From contig NW_021835437.1 of assembly GCF_006345805.1 (NCBI RefSeq), positions 9,033 through 73,032 of the forward strand: 64,000 bases of DNA, read 5' to 3'. The DNA comes from Octopus sinensis (lineage: Eukaryota). Under the pieces are notes generated by a model. It did not search any database and was not told the DNA's origin. It saw only the letters and a list, made by a program, of their open reading frames with translations. This document shows positions 57,609 to 64,000 of the stretch, piece after piece. Position numbers and translations under genes: made by a program. How positions within the stretch are numbered: position 1 is the first letter of the stretch; each line of letters opens with the position of its first letter.

Positions 57609-57696
57609 CATTATTGTTATTATTATTATCATCATCATCATCATTATCATCATTATCATTATTATTATTATTATTAATATTATTTTTATTATTATT

Positions 57697-57738
<42 letters not shown>

Positions 57739-57820
57739 GTTGTTGTTGTTATTATTGTTATTATTAATATCATTATCATTATTATTATTATTATTGTTGT
57801 TGTTCTTGTTGTTGTTATTA

Positions 57821-57871
<51 letters not shown>

Positions 57872-58410
57872 CATTATTGTGCTTCGGGATGCTGCTCTTA
57901 CGCCTTTTAATTTATTGTTACTGTTTTCTGTTACTACCGTTTGTTGCTGTTTTCTTGTTATCGCTGTTATTTTTTCCCATTATTTTGCCGCTTTTGCTGC
58001 TGGTGTTCTTGTATCCGGTGTTGTTGTTGTTGTTGTTGTTGTTGCTATTGCTGTTGCTGCTGCAATTACTACACCAGTTCTTGCATGTTACGTTATATTA
58101 CTACAAGTCAGAGTAAACGAAATGCTCGATGATAAAATTCTACGCAGAATATTCTGACGTTTTTTCCACTGATCAAAAATATGTCCACGTCTAGATTTGA
58201 ATTCTCTCGTTCAAACACACTATTTATCGTTAGTCAACAGTCCATGTATTGCACCTTAAGATCTATATTTACAGACTGTCTTGTCTTGTAGGAGTTAACC
58301 GTATTTCGATATTAAGAACAGTTAAACACCGAGAGAGGGGATAATTATCGAAAGCATCAAAAGGTAATTAGAGCAAGTACGAGAAACACAAGAGGATCAC
58401 AATTTACTAG

Positions 58411-60015
58411 AAACATGCAAATGCTTTTGTATGTCATTATGTCAAACGCGGTTACAGGGAATCACGATTAAAGGAAATAGCAAATGAAATAGCTAAGATT
58501 ATCAAAGAGAGTCAAACCTTAACGCATAATTTTAGCAAACACAATACAATAGATGACAGAATTCCTTTAGTGATTAACTGGCACCGACATTTCGCTGGCA
58601 TTTCAAAAGTGTTGCATGAAAGTTACCAACATGTGGCGAAAAAATATCCTCGCTTCAAACAGATATTTCCTCAGCCGCCTATTGTAGCCTTTAGACGGAA
58701 TAAGAATATAAAAGAATTATTGACCTCTATATCTGACTCCAAGAAAACGAACATTGGAGTATCTACACGCTGTACCTTAAAGAACAGCCGCAAGAGAGGT
58801 AAGCCCTGTTCATTGTGCAACAACATGAGTGAAGTGAATTCCATCAGAAATCATAACAGAAATGTTATGATTTATACAGAAAGTGGAACATGTAAAGATT
58901 CCCATTTGGTGTACGCTGCAGAATGCACAAAACACAACTTAATTTATGCTGGTTGCACAACAGAACAATTAAGCAAAAGGTTTAATGGGCACAGATTCGA
59001 CGTCAGGCAAAAGTAGTTCGACAGAACTTGCTGGACATTTCGTTTCAAGCGGCTGCAATTTTGAAGAAGACTTGAAAGTGCATATTCTCAGAAAATATTC
59101 TGAATCTACTTCGCTTTCACTTCTCAGAATGTGACAATATTTCTTTATTGAAGAGAAATATGTTTGCGGGTTATAAACATTACGCCCTGGAGGAATATGT
59201 TTGCGGGTTATAAACATTACGCCCTGGAGGAATATGTTTGCGGGTTATAAACATTACGCCCTGGAGGAATATGTTTGCGGGTTATAAACATTACGCCCTG
59301 GAGGAATATGTTTGCGGGTTATAAACATTACGCCCTGGAGGAATTGTTTTGCGGGTTATAACATTACGCCCTGGAGGAATATGTTTGCGGGTTATAAACA
59401 TTACGCCCTGGAGGAATATGTTTGCGGGTTATAAACATTACGCCCTGGAGGAATATGTTTGCGGGTTATAAACATTACGCCCTGGAGGAATATGTTTGCG
59501 GGTTTAAACATTACGCCCTGGAGGAATATGTTTTGGCGGGTTATAAACACGCCCTGGAGGAATATTTTGCGGGTTATAAACATTACGCCCTGGAGGAATA
59601 TGTTTGCGGGTTATAAAACATTCGCCCTGGAGGAATATGTTTTGCGGTTATACATTACGCCCTGGAGGAATATGTTTGGGCGTTATAAACATTACGCCCT
59701 GGAGGAATATGTTTGCGGGTTATAAACATTACGCCCTGGAGGAATATGTTTTGGGTTATAAACATTACGCCCTGGAGGAATGGATAAGATGAGAGGAGAA
59801 TATCATCAAAAAGAGAAAGCGTCTTTCTCTCATTTTCTTTCCTTTTTTTCTGTAGTCGTCTTTTTTTTTCTGTCTTTTCCCTTTCACCTGTTATAAAATT
59901 GTAACTTAAAAACTGATGATGTCATTCCATCAATGGGTGGACACTGGTTGCTCTCGTTCATACTTTACGTTTAAATTTCTGTAATTTTGAATTATTATCA
60001 CTTTTTATTTTAAAC
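58411..60015 (+). mobile_element. 5'-truncated Penelope-like element: RT thumb/linker, GIY-YIG endonuclease and 3' region
   Basis: KRGY...RIPLVINWH...IFPQPPIVAFRRNKNIKELL...CSLC...C.DSHLVYAAECTKHNLIYAGCT.EQLSKRFNGH; after a frameshift TELAGHF...DLKVHIL...EEKYVCGL*TLRPGG. Confidence 0.92.
59157..59781 (+). repeat. Minisatellite, 17 x 37 bp (AATATGTTTGCGGGTTATAAACATTACGCCCTGGAGG)
   Basis: 17 occurrences of GCCCTGG counted at ~37 bp spacing; no spacers. Confidence 0.97.
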
Positions 60016-60138
60016 TTGACAAAGTCAGACTTACTGTTGAAATATCGTTCAACTAATAAAATATCCTACAATCGAATCGCGCTCTTTGTCTTGACGGTTA
60101 ACCTTTGTGAAGAGTTGCGTCAATCCTTCTTAAAATAC

Positions 60139-60185
<47 letters not shown>

Positions 60186-61565
60186 TATTATCTTATTATT
60201 ATTATTATTATATTATTATTATTATAATATTATTATATTATTAATTATTATTATTATATTAATATTATTATTATTATTATAATTATTATTGCTGTTGTTG
60301 TTGTTATTATTTCTAAATACGTCTCCAGCCCAGTAACTTTTCAAGGGCAGTATTTGGCCCATTTCATCGATCAACGTACTATGACTGGTTCTTTACTTTA
60401 TCGACCTCGAAACGGTAAAAGTGATCTTCAAGTTCATTTGATCACAGACACCATACAACCCACAGATGCCTCCATGTATACTAAATGCTGATAAATATAA
60501 AATGCTCGTGAGAAACACGTTACAGCTAATATGCATATGTGCATATTATGATTTGTCTTCTTTATACAAGATTTGCAGCGCAGCACTATTCCATGTAGCT
60601 ATTTGCTTGCCAGGCTCGTAAATAGCTTTATGGCGAATAATTAATGAAAAATCCATAAAGAATTATATATTGATATTTCCATAATTATGCAGTGAAAATT
60701 GCATTTTTTTATGTAGAAGACAATTGAATTCAACCTAGTTTTCTGTTGTTGAGGCATTCTTCACTGTTCACGCATATCCGCTTGCTGTGTGTGGAGGCGT
60801 GTGCGAAGGCGCGGTTTGTGTGTGCATGCGTGCGTTTGCGAATACGCGTGATTTGGTGTGTGTCTGTGTGTCTGTTTCTCTATCTATCTATCTCTATCTG
60901 TGTGCATGTATGTGCATGTGCGTGTGTATGTTTGTGTGTGTGCTGGTGTGTGAATGTTGCCTTGCAAGCAAACTAAATTTATTGTAAGACTTGTTAACAG
61001 TCCGATATTTTAACAAATTATTAGGATATCCACCATTTTTATTTTGATTATTACTATTATCACCACAATCATCATCATCATGATCAACATAAATATTATT
61101 GGAGCTTGAAAAATTATTAGAACGTCATCGAAAAATGCATAATGGCATATCTTCAGTCTGTTTACATTCTGATCAACGCAAGACAAGAATACAGTCATTC
61201 AGGTTGTGAGGTGTTTCGTAAAAAAAATTAGATTCTAAAAATCTAATCTCTAAAAGAAGACGACTACTTTGTTTCCAAAAGATATTAACAACAGCAACAC
61301 AACACAGGAGCCAAACTGCCAGATTCGAGACTGGAGGATACTGGAATTGAGAGTAGCTTTGTCGATTTGCAGGAAAATGCCATTTGGTTTTTGCAAGTAT
61401 TCTAATAAAGATTCTTATAATTTCAGGAGTATTGCTGTCGCCAAAATCCAAGCCAACATCCCTGCTTATTAATATAACATGTAATAAAACAAGAGGAAAA
61501 TATTGATAAAACTACTACTACTACTACTACTATTACTACTACTAATAATAATAATCATAATAATC

Positions 61566-61640
<75 letters not shown>

Positions 61641-61654
61641 TTATAATAATAACG

Positions 61655-61806
61655 CAAGGCCTGAAAGTTTTGGGGGAGGGAACTAGTCGATTACATCGAC
61701 TCCAGTGTTTCACTGTTACTTAATCTATCGATCTCGAAAGGATGAAAGGCAAAGTCGATTTCGGCGAAATTTGAACTCGGATCGAAAAGACGTGGGAAAT
61801 GTCGCT

Positions 61807-61808
<2 letters not shown>
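61655..61808 (-). mobile_element. SINE family B, partial
   Basis: gaaaggatgaaaggcaaagtcga...aaatttgaactc. Confidence 0.8.
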
Positions 61809-61837
<29 letters not shown>

Positions 61838-62264
61838 ATGTTGGCGATGGTGATGAAGATGATGACGAAGAGATGATAATTCTTGGACTACAAGTCAAAT
61901 ATTCCGATTCCTTGAACAAGCAAGAAATCAAATTAATCTATTTTCCTATAATAATAATTTCACATAGAAAATTATTATCAGAATCGAAATATCATTTCCA
62001 GGAATTTAATGAAGAATCTTATCTTTCATGGATCGATCACTTTCGACATGAAGTTTATTGAAGTATCTTACCAATACAATTCCATATATGGTATGATTTG
62101 CTCGTGGTTTATGTGTCCTTGCGAAATTATACCGATACAAGGAGAATTAGAAGAATTATTTTTATTTCTCTAGACTTGAGCATTTCATTGGATTATTTTC
62201 GCTGATTTTCTTTTTATCTACGAAATATTTCATTTTGTTTTGTCTTTTTTTTTAATTGGTCCAA

Positions 62265-62445
62265 TCATTGAACTCCGGCCATGCTGCAGCAACGCCTTTG
62301 AGGATTTTTATCAAACAAATGGATGTTAGTGACTGTTCTTTCTAAAAGACTGGTAATTTTTCAATTGGACTCCAATGTAGAACCACTATGTAACATGGAC
62401 GTAAACAAACCAGCACCAGATTTCAAGTGATGGTAAGGGGACAAA
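62265..62445 (-). mobile_element. Old SINE family A, 3' half
   Basis: cggccatgctgcagca...gacgtaaacaaaccagca. Confidence 0.6.
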
Positions 62446-62476
62446 CTCCTGCCCGTATATATATTATAATATCTAT

Positions 62477-62547
<71 letters not shown>

Positions 62548-62558
62548 TGTGTGTGTGA

Positions 62559-62592
<34 letters not shown>

Positions 62593-62663
62593 TAACAAAT
62601 GTAGTTGTAAGTACCCGCACGAATGGAATTATATATAAAGTTTTGAAAATGCATTTTAAAAGA

Positions 62664-63110
62664 TACTCTTTTACTCTTTTACTTCTTTCAGTCATATGAC
62701 TGCGGCCATGCTGGAGCACCGCCTTTAATCGAGCAACTCGACCCCGGGACTTATTCTTTTGTAAGCCCAGTATTTATTCTATCGGTCTCTTTTGCCGAAC
62801 CGCTAAGTAACGGGGACATAAACACACCAGCATCGGTTGTCAAGCAATGCTAGGTGGACAAACACAGACACACAAACACCGCACACGCATATATATATAT
62901 ATATATAATATATATATATATATATCTATAATATATAATATATATATACGACGGACTTCTTTCAGTTTCCGTCAACCAAAGCCCCTCACAGGCTTTGGTC
63001 GGCCCGATGCTATAGTAGAAGACACTTTCCCAAGGTGCCACGCAATGGGAGTGAACCCGGAACCGTGTGGTTGGTAAACAAGCTACTTACCACACAGCCA
63101 CTCCTGCGCC
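62664..63110 (-). mobile_element. SINE family A, full length, with internal (TA)n
   Basis: Complete head to (GAGTAAAA)n-like tail. Confidence 0.93.
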
Positions 63111-63537
63111 TATGTTTATTTACTTTCACCGGTTTCACTTTTTTAGAAAAAGATTGACAAAAGGATCATGTAAAAGCTTGGTTGTGTTAGTTACTGGTTG
63201 TCACAAAATACTACGATACATATATACACTTTTTGATAACAAGAACATGTTAAGAACAGTTTGCAAGGGGAAATCTTGGGAAAATATTAAAAAGTTCATT
63301 AAAATATTGGGCACAAATGATTAAAACATATATATACATTCTCAAGGGAATGTTAAAGATACACACCTTGATTTAAATTCACACACACACATTCTCACGT
63401 ATATATACGTACACACGTACACATATACATCATAGACATATATACATGCATACATTCATATATACATATAAACATTATATCCTGCATATATATATAATAT
63501 TATATATATAATATATATATATAGATATATATATATA

Positions 63538-63780
63538 TGGTAAACAGTAAAAATAATTACAGACATGGACAAGAAACATGAACACCACAGAGACGACACA
63601 AGAACCACAGGACGGAAACATTCGAAGCCCTCAGTCATCAGTCAAGAACCAGATCATCTTAGCAATTTCGGCTGATTAATCTTGAGATTGCTCCGATATG
63701 GCCAGCCCGCCAAGGGAAATCTAAGCCAAGCGCATTAGATCCCCTGGAAGAAAGCTTCGAATGTATACAACGCGAGGACG
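63538..63780 (-). mobile_element. (TA)n-flanked structured non-coding module, probably PLE-related
   Basis: Several long helices; shares the 14-mer ACAACGCGAGGACG with the PLE terminus at 36642. Confidence 0.6.
63631..63692 (-). ncRNA. Candidate non-circularly permuted hammerhead ribozyme
   Basis: AGCAA-TC-TCAAGA ttaa TCAG cc GAAA-TTGCT [13 nt] TCTTGA-CTGATGA-CTGA; all three stems and both core motifs present, in swapped strand order. Confidence 0.6.
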
Positions 63781-64000
63781 ATATATATATACATATATAT
63801 ATATGTGTGTGTATATATATATGTATAGGGGGAGAGAGAGGGGAAGACAGTTAGGGAGGGAGAGAGTGCGATAGGGAGAAAGAGACACTCTCACACAAGG
63901 AGTTATTAATGAGGGATTATCAATCTGAGCAAAATATTTTATAAGCTCTCTGTTAATACACCAGGCTTACAGGGTCTTTAGATTAGTAAAGAATTCCGCA

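Noticed and set aside
59157-59781. CRISPR-like array (37 bp partly palindromic repeat next to a nuclease)
   Set aside because: There are no spacers, the unit is part of the PLE coding sequence, no cas genes are present, and the context is eukaryotic.
59913-59950. Hammerhead in the PLE 3' region
   Set aside because: CTGATGA and a TGTC/GACA stem II are present but GAAA is missing; a dead remnant at best.
61118-61160. Minus-strand CTGAAGA plus ATGC/GCAT hairpin
   Set aside because: No GAAA or stem III follows.

Overview
AT-rich, microsatellite-saturated animal genomic DNA. The SINE families and repeat landscape suggest an octopod cephalopod (inference). No intact host protein-coding gene is recognisable; almost all ORF-track entries are translations of (TA)n, (CA)n, (TACA)n, (GATA)n or (ATT)n. 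Recognisable content: three tRNA-derived SINE families (over 20 copies), LINE fragments (RTE, CR1/L2-group, Tx1/L1 with zf-RVT, Dong/R4 with RLE), a Tigger/pogo transposase relic and Penelope-like elements (PLE). The main hidden signal is a set of hammerhead ribozyme (HHR) motifs in short non-coding modules, most of them abutting (TA)n tracts. These are four well-formed type I HHRs, a minimal PLE-type HHR, several degenerate copies, and a candidate non-circularly permuted (strand-swapped) hammerhead at 63631-63692 (-) inside a highly structured RNA. A PLE GIY-YIG C-terminus is also amplified into a 17 x 37 bp tandem array. All structures were folded by eye and none has been tested.
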